Of a stretch of DNA of 64,000 bases, positions 26,071-36,887 are shown piece by piece. The notes beneath the pieces are model-generated. The model saw only the letters and a program-made list of their open reading frames with translations. It was not told the DNA's origin and ran no database searches. Each line of letters starts with the position of its first letter. The first letter of the stretch is position 1. This DNA is from an uncultured bacterium (GTDB taxonomy: Bacteria; Eisenbacteria; RBG-16-71-46; CAIMUX01). Location: positions 3,746 through 67,745 of the forward strand of contig CAZVYN010000008.1 in NCBI GenBank assembly GCA_964631125.1, in the 5' to 3' direction. Made by a program: the position numbers and the translations under genes.

Positions 26071-26535
26071 ATGAGATTCACACCCAGGAGTTCCGAAGTG
26101 GCTGTTTCTTTGTTGGCGGTGCTGTGCGCTGCCGCCGTGCTCGCGCTACCCGCCTGCGGGAAGAAAGACTCGAAGAACCCGCCCGCCGCGCAAACCCCGG
26201 CGGTGACGGCGCCCCGGGTCGTGGGCATCGAGTTGGGCAATGAACTGAAGAGCGACAATCGCGTGGCCGAGGCGATGTCGACGTTCGCCGTGAACGACGT
26301 GATCTACGTGGCGGTCATGACGGAGGGCAACTCGCCGTCGGCAGCCGTCACGGCCCGTTGGACCTACGGGGACGGGCAACCGGTCAACGAGACGACGCGG
26401 ACGGTCGTGTTGAGCGGACCGGCCACGACGGAGTTCCACATCTCCAAGCCGGGCGGATGGCCCACCGGCGCCTACAAGGTCGAGATCTTGCTGAACGGAG
26501 CGTCGATGCGGACGGCGCAGTTCGAGGTGAGATAG
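26071..26535 (+). CDS. hypothetical lipoprotein
   Basis: Signal peptide with lipobox LALPAC. 154 aa. No recognisable domain. Confidence 0.5.
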   Translation: MRFTPRSSEVAVSLLAVLCAAAVLALPACGKKDSKNPPAAQTPAVTAPRVVGIELGNELKSDNRVAEAMSTFAVNDVIYVAVMTEGNSPSAAVTARWTYGDGQPVNETTRTVVLSGPATTEFHISKPGGWPTGAYKVEILLNGASMRTAQFEVR

Positions 26536-26547
26536 ACTTTCGGTCCC

Positions 26548-29500
26548 ATGTCGCCCCTCCAGAGCTTCCATCCGACGGTTCGCGAATGGTTCGCGCGCGA
26601 GCTCGGCGAACCGACTCGACCGCAGGCAGAGGGGTGGACGCAAATCCGAGCGGGGCGGCACACGCTGATCGCCGCCCCGACCGGCACCGGCAAGACGCTG
26701 GCGGCCTTCCTCTGCGCAGTCGACGAACTCCTGCAACGGGGTGAGGCGCTCGCCGATGAGACGAGCGTCTTGTACGTCTCGCCGCTCCGCGCGTTGTCGA
26801 ACGACGTGCAGAAGAATCTGGCGGAGCCGCTCGCGGCGTTCCATGCGCTCGATCCCTCGTTGCCGGAAGTGCGCGTGTTGGTGCGGACCGGCGACACGCC
26901 GAACAAGGAACGCACGGCGATGCGGAAGCGCGCGCCGCACGTGCTCGTGACGACGCCGGAGTCGCTCTATGTCCTGCTCACTTCGGCGAGCGGGCGCGCC
27001 ATGCTCCGAACGGTGCGCACGGTGATCGTCGATGAGATCCATGCCCTCGCGCGCGACAAGCGCGGCTCTCATTTGGCGCTCTCGCTCGAACGATTGAGCG
27101 AACTCTGTCTCAGACACACGGGCCGCGAAGTGCAGCGGATCGGACTCTCCGCCACGCAGAAACCGATCGAAGACGTGGCGAGGCTGCTGGCTGGCGAGGG
27201 CCGGGACTGCGCACTGGTCGACGCCGGGCATCTGCGGTCGATCGATGTCGATATCGTCGTGCCCGACACTCCGCTCTCGGCGGTCTGCACGCATGAGCAG
27301 TGGCGCGAGCTGTACGCGAAGATGTCCGCCTTGATCCGCTCCCATCGCGTCACGCTCGTCTTCGTCAACACGCGGAAGCTGGCCGAGCGGCTGACCGCGC
27401 GGCTGACCGAGGAGCTGGGGGCAGGGCAGGTCTCCTGTCACCACGGGAGCCTGTCGAGGGAGACGCGCCTGGCGGCCGAGGAGCGTCTGAAGCGAGGCGA
27501 ACTGCGAGCGCTGGTCGCGACGGCGTCGCTCGAACTGGGCATCGATATCGGAGATGTCGATCTCGTCGTGCAGGTTGGCTCGTCGCGCACGATCGCGACG
27601 TTTCTCCAGCGCGTCGGGCGCGCGGGGCATGGCGTGCACCGCACTCCGAAAGGCCGACTGTTCGCGCTCACCCTCGATGAAGCGGTGGAGGCGGTCGCGG
27701 TCCTCTCCGCCGTGAGGCGCGGGCTGCTCGACCGGACTCCGCAGGCGCCGGGCGCGCTCGATATCCTTGCACAGCAGATCGTGGCCGAGTGTTCGGCGAC
27801 CGAAGAGTCGGCGGCGTGGAGAGAAGACCAGCTCTTCGCCTGCTTCCGGCGGGCGTTTCCCTATCGCGATGCGCCGCGCGAGGATTTCGACGCGCTGCTG
27901 ACGCTGCACTCGACCGGCCGCAATGCGCTGCTGCACCGCGATGCCGTGGGCGGACGGGTGCTCGCGACCAAGCGCGCGCGGATCCCGGCGCTGACCAGCG
28001 GAGGCGCGATTCCCGACAACGCCGACTATCGCGTGGTGAGCGAACCCGGGGGCACGTTCATCGGGACGTTGAACGAGGACTTCGCGATCGAGTCGAACGT
28101 GCATGACATCTTCCAGCTCGGCAATGCCTCGTGGCGCGTGCTCGGGATCGAACCGGGGACAGTGCGCGTCGCCGACGCCCAGGGTGCGCCGCCCAACCTG
28201 CCGTTCTGGCTGGGCGAGGCGCCCGCGCGAAGTCTGGAACTGTCGGCGGAAGTCAGCCGCGTGCGCGAGGAGTGCACCGGCGCCGCGTGGGTCACCACCG
28301 AAACCGGTGTCGGCCGCGAGGTGGCCGAGCAGGTCGCCGAGTATCTGGAGACCGGTCGCGCCGGGCTCGGCGCGATGCCGAGCATCCGCCGCATCGTGGT
28401 CGAACGATTCTTCGACGAGTCTGGCGGCATGCAGCTCGTGATCCATGCGCCCTTCGGCAGCCGCATCACGAAGGCGTTCGGTCTGGCGCTGCGCAAGAGA
28501 GTCTGTCGGAGCTTCGGCTTCGAGCTGCAGGCGGCGGCCGACGAACAGTCGATCGTGCTCTCGCTCGGCCTGCAACACAGCTTCGCGCTCGACGAGGTCT
28601 TCGAGTGGCTGCGCAGTACGACCGCCAAGGATGTCCTCGTGCAAGCGATACTGGCGGCGCCGATGTTCACCACGCGGTGGCGCTGGAACGTCGGCCGATC
28701 GCTCATGCTGCCGCGGACTCGGGGCGGCAAGCGCGTCGCGCCGCAACTGCTCAGGATGAAGGCCGAAGATCTGCTCGTGCAGGCGTTCCCGCAAGTCGTC
28801 GCCTGCGGCGAGACGCTGCCGCCCGGCGATATCGAGCCGCCCATGGACCATCCGATCGTGAAGCAGACGATCGAGGACTGCCTGCACGAGGCGCTCGACG
28901 TCGACGGGCTGCTCGAGGTGCTGCGCGGGCTGGAGGACGGCAGCATCGAGCGACACGCGGTCGATACGACGGAGCCGTCGGTCTTCGCGCACGGCATTCT
29001 CTCGGCCCAGGTCTACAGCTTCCTCGATGACGCGCCGCTGGAGGAGCGCCGCACTCAGGCGGTGCGGACGCGACGCGTGCTCGGCGCCGGCGACGCGGAT
29101 GAGATCGGTGTGCTCGATGTTGACGCGATCGACCGGGTGCGCGAAGAGGCCTGGCCCAAGCCGGAAAGCGCCGAAGAGGTCCACGAGGCATTGCTCTGGA
29201 TGGGATTCGTCACCGACGAGGAGGCGCTCGCGTGGCGCGTTTGGCTGGACGAACTGGCCGAGGCGCGACGCGTGGTGAGAGTGGACGGCGCTCGCGGACA
29301 TCGCTGGTACGCGGTCGAAGCGCCGCGGAGCGGCAGGGAAGTACTACGCGGGCGGCTGGAGGCGCTCGGCCCGGTGAGCGCGGACGACCCACTCATCGTC
29401 GAGTTTGCGAACGAAGTCTTGGAGCTGGAGCAGGAAGGCGCGGTGTTGCGCGCCCGCTTCCCTTCGCGCGGCGGCGGGTCATCGAATGGCTGGTGCATCC

Positions 29501-30585
29501 GTCGCCTGCTGGCGCGCATCCACCGCTACACGCTCGATCGGCTCCGGCGAGAGATCCAACCGGTGACCGCAGCCGAGTTCTTGCGTTTCCTGGCGGTCTG
29601 GCAGCACGCGGACCCCGAGCAACCGTTGCAGGGACCGCGCGGCGTGCTCGCGGTGGTCGAACAGCTCTCGGGATTCCAGGCGCCGGCCGAAGCGTGGGAA
29701 AGGCAGATCTTGCCCGCCCGCGTGAAGGGGTATGACGCGCGGTGGCTGGATGAACTCGCGTTTTCCGGCGAGATTGCGTGGGGTCGATTGTGGAGCGCGA
29801 GCGACTGCGCCGCGCGCTCGATCCCTGTGTCGATCGTGCCGAGAGCCGAACTCGATCGGTGGGCCGCGCTCTGCGAGCCCGGAGATCTCACCGACCTGCC
29901 GGGCGAAGCGCGGACGCTGCTGGATCTGCTCATGTCGCGCGGCGCGTCATTCCAACAAGATCTCGCGCGCGCGAGCGGCCTGTTGCCGTCTCGCATCGAT
30001 GATGCGTTGGTCACATTGATCGGTCGGGGTCTCGTGACTTGTGATGCGTTCTCCGGCCTGCGCGCACTCTTCGGGCGCAACGAGGCCCGCACTCGAAACG
30101 GTCGTCGTCGCAACGGCCGCACCCGACCCTCACGCATCGCTCCGGTCATCGCGGGACGGTGGAGCCTCTTCCGGGATCCACGCGCGTCGGCCGGGTCGTC
30201 GATCGTTTCGATGGAGGCGCCGCCGGACGACGCGCTGGTCGAGTTCGCCGCGCGCACGCTCCTCGCTCGGACCGGTGTCGTCTTCAAGAGCACGATCGCG
30301 AGGGAGCGGCTCCCGATCGGATGGCGCGATCTCTTGCGCTGCTTCCGCCGCATGGAGGCTCGCGGCGAGATCCACGGAGGACGGTTCGTGGCGGGATTCC
30401 ACGGCGAGCAGTACGCGCTGCCGGAAGCGGTCCGGGGGTTGCGCGCGACCCGCAAGTTGCCGGAAGGCGCGCCGCTCCATGTCGACGCCGCCGACCCCCT
30501 CAACTACGCGGGGATTCTCACGCCGGAGAAGCGCGTCGCCTCGAACACCCATCGTCGGGTCGATGTCGTGCCCGCGTCGAGCTGA
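26548..30585 (+). CDS. lhr: Lhr-like ATP-dependent DEAD/DEAH-box helicase (large helicase-related)
   Basis: Walker A AAPTGTGKTLAAF, DEIH box VIVDEIHAL. Helicase C domain and Lhr-specific C-terminal extension. 1345 aa. Confidence 0.85.
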   Translation: MSPLQSFHPTVREWFARELGEPTRPQAEGWTQIRAGRHTLIAAPTGTGKTLAAFLCAVDELLQRGEALADETSVLYVSPLRALSNDVQKNLAEPLAAFHALDPSLPEVRVLVRTGDTPNKERTAMRKRAPHVLVTTPESLYVLLTSASGRAMLRTVRTVIVDEIHALARDKRGSHLALSLERLSELCLRHTGREVQRIGLSATQKPIEDVARLLAGEGRDCALVDAGHLRSIDVDIVVPDTPLSAVCTHEQWRELYAKMSALIRSHRVTLVFVNTRKLAERLTARLTEELGAGQVSCHHGSLSRETRLAAEERLKRGELRALVATASLELGIDIGDVDLVVQVGSSRTIATFLQRVGRAGHGVHRTPKGRLFALTLDEAVEAVAVLSAVRRGLLDRTPQAPGALDILAQQIVAECSATEESAAWREDQLFACFRRAFPYRDAPREDFDALLTLHSTGRNALLHRDAVGGRVLATKRARIPALTSGGAIPDNADYRVVSEPGGTFIGTLNEDFAIESNVHDIFQLGNASWRVLGIEPGTVRVADAQGAPPNLPFWLGEAPARSLELSAEVSRVREECTGAAWVTTETGVGREVAEQVAEYLETGRAGLGAMPSIRRIVVERFFDESGGMQLVIHAPFGSRITKAFGLALRKRVCRSFGFELQAAADEQSIVLSLGLQHSFALDEVFEWLRSTTAKDVLVQAILAAPMFTTRWRWNVGRSLMLPRTRGGKRVAPQLLRMKAEDLLVQAFPQVVACGETLPPGDIEPPMDHPIVKQTIEDCLHEALDVDGLLEVLRGLEDGSIERHAVDTTEPSVFAHGILSAQVYSFLDDAPLEERRTQAVRTRRVLGAGDADEIGVLDVDAIDRVREEAWPKPESAEEVHEALLWMGFVTDEEALAWRVWLDELAEARRVVRVDGARGHRWYAVEAPRSGREVLRGRLEALGPVSADDPLIVEFANEVLELEQEGAVLRARFPSRGGGSSNGWCIRRLLARIHRYTLDRLRREIQPVTAAEFLRFLAVWQHADPEQPLQGPRGVLAVVEQLSGFQAPAEAWERQILPARVKGYDARWLDELAFSGEIAWGRLWSASDCAARSIPVSIVPRAELDRWAALCEPGDLTDLPGEARTLLDLLMSRGASFQQDLARASGLLPSRIDDALVTLIGRGLVTCDAFSGLRALFGRNEARTRNGRRRNGRTRPSRIAPVIAGRWSLFRDPRASAGSSIVSMEAPPDDALVEFAARTLLARTGVVFKSTIARERLPIGWRDLLRCFRRMEARGEIHGGRFVAGFHGEQYALPEAVRGLRATRKLPEGAPLHVDAADPLNYAGILTPEKRVASNTHRRVDVVPASS

Positions 30586-30605
30586 GTCGCCGCGGGCGCG
30601 AGTGT

Positions 30606-32792
30606 CTACGATCTGTCCCGGTGCTTTTTCGATGGCTTCTTCGCGGAGCGGCTCCAGTGGCGGTGCTGCGCGATCGCGTCGATGAACCGACCGATGACCT
30701 TGGCGGACGCCCCGTCCGAACCAACGATGACCCCAACGGTCTGGTCATCCTTCGCTCCCGGGGCGGGGGCAACGAGGCCGGGACAGGAGCGCAGTAACTC
30801 CGCGCCTTCCCCGCTCGCGCCGATCGTCTTGCAGTGCCGATACGCTTCGGTCACGAAATCGACGGCGTCATGCTCTTCCAGCAGAGCGCGAATGCTCTTC
30901 TCGCCGCCCGGGACATAGACCGCGTCGAAGAGCACCGAGGACGTGGTGAGGAAGCTGCAGTCGACCGGGATCTCGCTTCCACCGGCCCCAGTGATGACGC
31001 CGAGTTTCGGCGCGACGATCTTCGTTTCCGCCCCGGCGGCCTGCAACGCCTTCACCATCTTCGAGACCGAGCCGTCGTGCACTCCATTCGCGGCCAGGAT
31101 GGCGACTCGGCGCGTCTCGATGACTTCCTTGGTCGTGTTGGCCATGCTGAGCGCCTCGGAGCGGCCGATCGAACCCTTCCTCCGTGTCGACTCACGGCTC
31201 GCGGGATCGGCGTCGGCGGGAACGCTGTGATTCAGGGGTAGCTCGACTTTCGGAATCCGCGACAGTCCGAGCCCTTCGGCCACTCGACCGGCCAGCGTCG
31301 AATCGACGAAGTTCAGCATCCCGACCATCCGTTCGCGGATCGCGGGCCGCTCCAGTTTGCCCAGCTCGAATTGGAGCGCCTGCACCAGATGGTCCTTCTC
31401 AGGCTCCGATTGGCTGTTCCAGAAGAGCGTTGCCTGGCTGAAGTGATCGAGGAACTTGGCGCTGCGCCCGCGCGTCTTCGCGCCATCCATCCGTTCGGGG
31501 AAGCTCGTGAACCCGCCGTCGGCCGCGCCCGTTTGGAACGGACAGCCGCCGCCGACGGTGTTGGGCTCATAGGCAGCCCTGGACTGATTGATCGTCTGGC
31601 GCATGAACCCATCGCGTTGATGGTTGTGCACCGGCGCGACCGACCGGTTGATCGGGATCTCGTGGAAGTTCGGCCCGCCGAGTCGGATCAACTGCGTATC
31701 TGTGTACGAGAAGAGCCGACCGGCCAGGAGCGCGTCGTTGGTGAAGTCGATTCCGGGCACGACATGTCCGGGATGAAACGCGACCTGCTCGGTCTCGGCG
31801 AAGAAGTTGTCCGGGTTGCGGTCGAGAGTGAGGCGACCGATTCGTTGCACGGGAACGAGCTCTTCCGGGATGAGCTTGGTCGGGTCGAGCAGATCGAAAT
31901 CGAAGGCATGCTCCTTCGCCTCGTCGACCAATTGCACACCGAACTCCCATTGAGGAAACTTGCCGCCCGCGATCGCTTCCCACAGATCCCGCCGCATAAA
32001 GTCTGGATCCTTCCCCGAGATCTTCTGCGCTTCGTCCCAGGACACCGAGTGGACGCCGAGGACCGGCTTCCAGTGGAACTTGACGAAGCGCGGCTTCCCG
32101 CGAGCGTTCACGAAGCGAAACGTGTGCACCCCGAAACCTTCCATCATGCGGAAGCTCCGCGGGATCGCGCGATCCGACATGACCCACATGATCATGTGCA
32201 TCGACTCCGGCATCAGGGAGATGAAATCCCAGAACGTGTCGTGCGCGGAGGCGGCCTGCGGCATTTCGTGATCGGGTTCCGGCTTCACCGCGTGGATGAG
32301 GTCTGGGAACTTGATCGCGTCCTGGATGAAGAAGACGGGGATGTTGTTGCCGACGAGATCGAAGACGCCTTCGGATGTGTAGAACTTCACCGCGAAACCG
32401 CGCGCGTCGCGTGCGAGGTCGGAGGAGCCGCGCGAGCCGGCGACCGTCGAGAATCGTACGAAGACGGGGGTGCGAACACCGGGATCCTGGAGGAACCCGG
32501 CCCGCGTGATCTTGGCCAGGCTTTCGTACACCTCGAAGTAGCCATGGGCGCCCGACCCGCGCGCATGCACGACGCGCTCGGGAATCCGCTCGTGATCGAA
32601 GTGGGTGATCTTCTCCCGCAGGTGGAAGTCTTCGAGAAGAGTGGGTCCTCGTTCTCCCGCCTTCAGCGAGTCTTGGTCGCTCTGGAGACGCAGCCCCTGG
32701 TTGGTCGTCAGCGATTCTCCGGCGCCGTTCTCACGAAATGCGGCCAGGTCCGCCGCTTTCGGGTCGACGCGCTTCCGTTTGGGCTCCTTCAT
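30606..32792 (-). CDS. katE: large-subunit catalase (HPII type) with C-terminal DJ-1/PfpI-like domain
   Basis: Catalase core motifs ([40 protein letters not shown]) and a C-terminal class-I glutamine amidotransferase-like domain. Start at internal MKEPKRK. Confidence 0.9.
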   Translation of the reverse strand: MKEPKRKRVDPKAADLAAFRENGAGESLTTNQGLRLQSDQDSLKAGERGPTLLEDFHLREKITHFDHERIPERVVHARGSGAHGYFEVYESLAKITRAGFLQDPGVRTPVFVRFSTVAGSRGSSDLARDARGFAVKFYTSEGVFDLVGNNIPVFFIQDAIKFPDLIHAVKPEPDHEMPQAASAHDTFWDFISLMPESMHMIMWVMSDRAIPRSFRMMEGFGVHTFRFVNARGKPRFVKFHWKPVLGVHSVSWDEAQKISGKDPDFMRRDLWEAIAGGKFPQWEFGVQLVDEAKEHAFDFDLLDPTKLIPEELVPVQRIGRLTLDRNPDNFFAETEQVAFHPGHVVPGIDFTNDALLAGRLFSYTDTQLIRLGGPNFHEIPINRSVAPVHNHQRDGFMRQTINQSRAAYEPNTVGGGCPFQTGAADGGFTSFPERMDGAKTRGRSAKFLDHFSQATLFWNSQSEPEKDHLVQALQFELGKLERPAIRERMVGMLNFVDSTLAGRVAEGLGLSRIPKVELPLNHSVPADADPASRESTRRKGSIGRSEALSMANTTKEVIETRRVAILAANGVHDGSVSKMVKALQAAGAETKIVAPKLGVITGAGGSEIPVDCSFLTTSSVLFDAVYVPGGEKSIRALLEEHDAVDFVTEAYRHCKTIGASGEGAELLRSCPGLVAPAPGAKDDQTVGVIVGSDGASAKVIGRFIDAIAQHRHWSRSAKKPSKKHRDRS

Positions 32793-33026
32793 CGATCGTG
32801 CTCCTGTTCGGTCCCACCCGGAGTCGCCTCCGGATGCACCGGTCTGTAGATTTTCCCCGCCAGGGTTCCGTTTCTTGCAACACGCCGGGATCACGGACGA
32901 GCAAACGCCCGGAGTTGCGAGGCGTCGCCGAGGTTCGCGGCGACAGCGCTAGTGCGTTGCAGGAATCGAGCCGTCGGGCGACGCGGCAACCCGGCGAGGT
33001 AGCCCGCGACCTCGCGCGTCCACCCG

Positions 33027-35291
33027 CTAGCGCAACAGCGCCTTGCCCGAAGCTGCGTACCCGGCGCCGGTCAGGCGGATGAAGTAGACGCCCGGGGCGA
33101 GCGAACGTCCATCACGGTCGAGGCCGTCCCACGGCAGTTCCGTGCGACCGGCCGCGAACGAGTGGTCGGCGAGGAGCGCGACCTGTCGTCCGGTGACATC
33201 GTGCACCGCCACGCGCGCGTCGCCGGCTCTCGGAATCTCCAGCAGGATGCGGGCGCCCCCTGAGCTGGGGTTCGGCGCGATGGCGTCGATGCTCGCTCGC
33301 ACCGCGGAAACGAAATCCCCTTCGGCCACGTCGCTGCTCGCTCCGAGCTGAACCTCGGCCAAGAGCCAGAGCGCGTTCTCCGCATTGATCTCGACATGCC
33401 CTTGGTTGCCGCTCGGGAAATAGACGGCGTCGAAGGGAGTGTGCGAGAGGATGTCGACGTCGCCCGCGATGTCGTAGAAGAGATTGCTCGTGTCGAGTGC
33501 GAGCGCGCTGACCGAGGGGATGAAACAGTGATTCGGGTGGAGCGCGACGATGTCGCCGTACGGCGCGGACGTCGCATCCATTTGCGCCATGCTGTTGCGC
33601 CATCCGCCCGACGCGTTGTCGTAGGGGAGCGTGCCCGAGACATTCACGGTCTGGGATTCTTCGGGCAGGAAGATGATGTCGACCAGCCCTTGGAAGATCG
33701 TTCCGTTGCCGGGGAACGGAGTCGCCCAGACGTTGCCCGTCACATCGACGAGGAAACTGGTGTACTCCCAGTCGATGATCTGAGAGCCGGCGGAGAACCC
33801 TTGGCTGACCTGCGCGCCGCTGCCGTTCGCCACCGCGACCTTGCGCGGCTGCGACGGATAGCCGCCGAGCACGTTGAAATCATTGAGGAGCTGCACGCGG
33901 AGCGGATCGACTTGGCCGGTTCCGCCGGGGGGGTCGGTGTGGTGATAGACCAACATCTGCCGCGCGCCCGGCGTGTCGAGTGTCGCGAGCAATGCGCCGG
34001 CCTCCTCGGAGTCGTCGGCGAAGAACGAGAGCCAGTACTGGATGCCGAGCGGAATGCTCGCGCCTTTCTGCGGCGAGTCGAACGAGATGAAGGTCCGGGC
34101 GCGATGCTCCGGGCCGTTGGTCTCCATGTGGGCGAGCGCGTAGCGACCGACCAAGCCGCCCATGCTCGCGCCGACCAACGCGAAATCTTGTGAGGGTGAG
34201 ATCGTCGCCTGGATCTGCTCGATCAGTTCGACCGCGACGTACGCATTCCGCTGGATGTGCGTGACGGCGTCGTCGAAATTGAGGACCACCGCGTCGTAGC
34301 CGAGCGCGCGCAGGTTCTCCAGGAGCTGCTCGCGGTTGAGCAGCGCATACAGTTCGTCCCAGTTCATCGAGTTGTCCAGGTCGAAACCCTCGATCACGAC
34401 GACCGGGTTGGTGATCGAGGCGTGTTCCTCGGCCAGATAGACATAGGCCTCGCCGGTCCCGGCGATACTCTGGTACGGGATCGACGCGGTGATCTGCAGC
34501 GTGTCGTCGGGCGCGGGCGTTCCGAGCGCGCGCACATCGAAGACGAAGAAGGCATTCTCGCTGGCCGGCGTCGCGTCAGTCGGCCGCAGGCGCATCCGAA
34601 TCAACTTTTGACCCGTCGTCGAGTAACTCACGTCCACCGGCTGATCGAGCCGCACCGCCCGATACCCCAACCCATCCTCGAAGTCGATCTCCACCGTCGA
34701 GGGCGCCGGTCGGTCGTTCGAGAGATATCTCTCGCGCGAGAACTCGAACTTCACCGACTCGCCGCGATACGTGTAGGTGCGCGCCGCCGCCGCCGCCACG
34801 ACCCGCAGTGACAGGAACGCATCGCCGGTCCCCAGCGCTAGGCGTTCTCCCCGCGCGACGAGCGCTCCGCTCTCCAACACATCCGGCCGGAGCCGCTGGT
34901 AGGCGAAGTCGATCGCAACGATCGGGATCACGCCGTCTGGCGCCCCGGCGCGAAGGTCGCGTCGGGTCGACTCGTCGATCGAAGCCAGCGACGGCCAGTT
35001 CGGCTCACGGACCGAAGCGCGTGTGATCTCGTCGAGCATCTGTCGCCACTCTCGGAGCGTCCCGACCTTGGCGGAGGCGGAACCGTCATAGCGGTCGATC
35101 TCGGAGAGCGAGAGCACGCGGTCGTAGAGGATCCCGCTCGGGATGCTGGAGGCCGGCAGGTCGTCGAGGGTCGCGGCCACGCGCTCGCTGACACTGAGCG
35201 CGCTCGACACCGCGATCGACACCGTGCTCGATAGTGCGGCGGAGCAGACCAAGAAGAAGAAGACGGCGACGTCCGCGCGGATCCGGAACAT
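33027..35291 (-). CDS. secreted alpha/beta-hydrolase (lipase/esterase-like, GxSxG) with C-terminal T9SS-type sorting domain
   Basis: Nucleophile elbow VGASMGGLVG. Signal peptide. C-terminal APNPSSGGARILLEIP...GVYFIRL. Confidence 0.55.
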   Translation of the reverse strand: MFRIRADVAVFFFLVCSAALSSTVSIAVSSALSVSERVAATLDDLPASSIPSGILYDRVLSLSEIDRYDGSASAKVGTLREWRQMLDEITRASVREPNWPSLASIDESTRRDLRAGAPDGVIPIVAIDFAYQRLRPDVLESGALVARGERLALGTGDAFLSLRVVAAAAARTYTYRGESVKFEFSRERYLSNDRPAPSTVEIDFEDGLGYRAVRLDQPVDVSYSTTGQKLIRMRLRPTDATPASENAFFVFDVRALGTPAPDDTLQITASIPYQSIAGTGEAYVYLAEEHASITNPVVVIEGFDLDNSMNWDELYALLNREQLLENLRALGYDAVVLNFDDAVTHIQRNAYVAVELIEQIQATISPSQDFALVGASMGGLVGRYALAHMETNGPEHRARTFISFDSPQKGASIPLGIQYWLSFFADDSEEAGALLATLDTPGARQMLVYHHTDPPGGTGQVDPLRVQLLNDFNVLGGYPSQPRKVAVANGSGAQVSQGFSAGSQIIDWEYTSFLVDVTGNVWATPFPGNGTIFQGLVDIIFLPEESQTVNVSGTLPYDNASGGWRNSMAQMDATSAPYGDIVALHPNHCFIPSVSALALDTSNLFYDIAGDVDILSHTPFDAVYFPSGNQGHVEINAENALWLLAEVQLGASSDVAEGDFVSAVRASIDAIAPNPSSGGARILLEIPRAGDARVAVHDVTGRQVALLADHSFAAGRTELPWDGLDRDGRSLAPGVYFIRLTGAGYAASGKALLR

Positions 35292-35387
35292 GGAAGACCT
35301 CCCCCGAAGCATGGGTCACGAACGGAATGCGGGGGGAAGAGTAGCGGATCGGCGGGACTCGAAGCGCGGTCGTCGGCTGGTAGGAAC

Positions 35388-35430
35388 TCGGAAAGTAAAC
35401 GGCGAGGCTCCGGTGACCGGAGGCCTCGCC
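35388..35430 (-). terminator. intrinsic terminator candidate downstream of the OM beta-barrel gene
   Basis: On the minus strand, ggcgaggcctccgg-tcac-cggagcctcgcc (13-bp stem with one bulge) is followed by GUUUACUUUCC. Confidence 0.5.
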
Positions 35431-35471
35431 GTGAGAGTCAGGCGGAGGTGCGAACGTGTCCGCTGACTCGT

Positions 35472-35984
35472 CTAGTGGTAGAAGGTCCAGCCGACGGTGA
35501 CCTTGAGATCGGGCGATTCGTCCACGAGACCCGCCTTGGCTTCGACGAAGAACCGATCGCCGTTGGAGAGCCCCTTCTCGATTCCGCCGAGGACATTGAG
35601 ACCGAGGTCGGTACTCGTGTCGTCGCCGAGTCCATTGTCGCCGAAGCTCGCGAAGTTCACGCCGATGCCGCCGCCGGCGTAGGGAGTCCACACGTCCCAC
35701 GTCTCGCGAAAGCGGTAGGCCGCTTCAGCGTTGACCGCCACCAACGTGATGTCATCCCCGACACCGACTTCGATGTTCGGTTGGAAGCGGACGCGGCGCG
35801 CGAAGTGTCCGTAGTCGAGGTGCGCTCCGAAGTGGAACTGATCGGGGCCGAAGGAAAGCCCGACTCGGGGTCCCCAACCGCGGAATCCCACTTCGTCTTG
35901 GTTATCGGACGGTTGGGCGCCGGCCAGATTCGGAGCGAGCGCGAGGGCTCCGAATGTGACGGCAGCCATGTACATTTTTCGCAT
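35472..35984 (-). CDS. outer membrane beta-barrel protein (OmpW/OmpA-like small barrel)
   Basis: Signal peptide. Alternating amphipathic strands. Aromatic C-terminus GWTFYH. Confidence 0.5.
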   Translation of the reverse strand: MRKMYMAAVTFGALALAPNLAGAQPSDNQDEVGFRGWGPRVGLSFGPDQFHFGAHLDYGHFARRVRFQPNIEVGVGDDITLVAVNAEAAYRFRETWDVWTPYAGGGIGVNFASFGDNGLGDDTSTDLGLNVLGGIEKGLSNGDRFFVEAKAGLVDESPDLKVTVGWTFYH

Positions 35985-36042
35985 TTGTAAGAACTTCCCT
36001 TCTTCCGGGCCTGCTGGACGGTTGGACCTGCTGAACTGCGAA

Positions 36043-36726
36043 CTACCTCTGGGCGAGGAGTGTCAGATCGACCGGGGACGTGATGTGGATGTTGAGTCTC
36101 TGACCAGCGTTCAACTCAACGTCGTCCCCCTTGGTAGCGAGCATCAAGATGGTTCCGGCGCCGGCGCCGATGACCGCGCCCTTGCCGGCGCCCTTCGATC
36201 CGTCCGCGATCCCGCCGATGACCGCGCCGAGGATTCCTCCCGCGGCGATCTTCTCGACGTCGCTGCTCGTCTCGGAAGCCGCCTGCACAGTGAGCGGAGT
36301 CGCCGAGATCGCGTGGGACTTGCCGTCCGAGTCGACGAACTCTTCGAAGGCGAGCGTCATGCTCGCGCGTCCCTTGATCCGTCCGGAGTCCTTCACGTCA
36401 CGGAGGACGCCGCGGATCCGCGAGCCGGTGGCGATGACTGTCCTGCCGTCGACGACGACCGGAACGATCGTCGAGGCGACGAAGGAATCGCCGGTGTGGT
36501 TGACGTCGGTGGCGAGCGGCGTCTGCAGCGATGCAACGATGTTGGTCCCCGCGGGGATCACGATCCGCTGGGTTTGCGGCAGCGCCGGCTTCGCGGCCGC
36601 CGGTTTCGACGCGACGCTCTTCGCGGGCGTCGCGTCAGCCTGATCGGTCCTGCGATCACCCGCGCAGCCGGTGGCGGCCGCCGTGGCGACGATCAGCGCG
36701 GCGAGCAAACGTGTGTTCTTCATCAT
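36043..36726 (-). CDS. lipoprotein with C-terminal glycine-zipper region
   Basis: Lipobox AAATGC. C-terminal GGILGAVIGGIADGSKGAGKGAVIGAGAG glycine zipper. Confidence 0.5.
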   Translation of the reverse strand: MMKNTRLLAALIVATAAATGCAGDRRTDQADATPAKSVASKPAAAKPALPQTQRIVIPAGTNIVASLQTPLATDVNHTGDSFVASTIVPVVVDGRTVIATGSRIRGVLRDVKDSGRIKGRASMTLAFEEFVDSDGKSHAISATPLTVQAASETSSDVEKIAAGGILGAVIGGIADGSKGAGKGAVIGAGAGTILMLATKGDDVELNAGQRLNIHITSPVDLTLLAQR

Positions 36727-36887
36727 GGTGTGTCGTACTCCTGTTCTACTTGGACCGAGATGGTGCTGACGAGACTTAGTCAAGAACCGCGCCATCACGA
36801 CGACGCCGGCCCTGCGCGCCCGTAACGTCGCGGGCGCCAGCCAATTACGCGGGCGCCCGCACCGTTTTCAAGTCACGAACCGTCGGA

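Noticed and set aside
32793-33026. Partial direct/inverted similarity (cgctagtgcgttgc / cgctagcgcaacagcg) upstream of katE as a possible OxyR/PerR site
   Set aside because: The repeats are short and imperfect. They do not match known OxyR or PerR consensus sequences.
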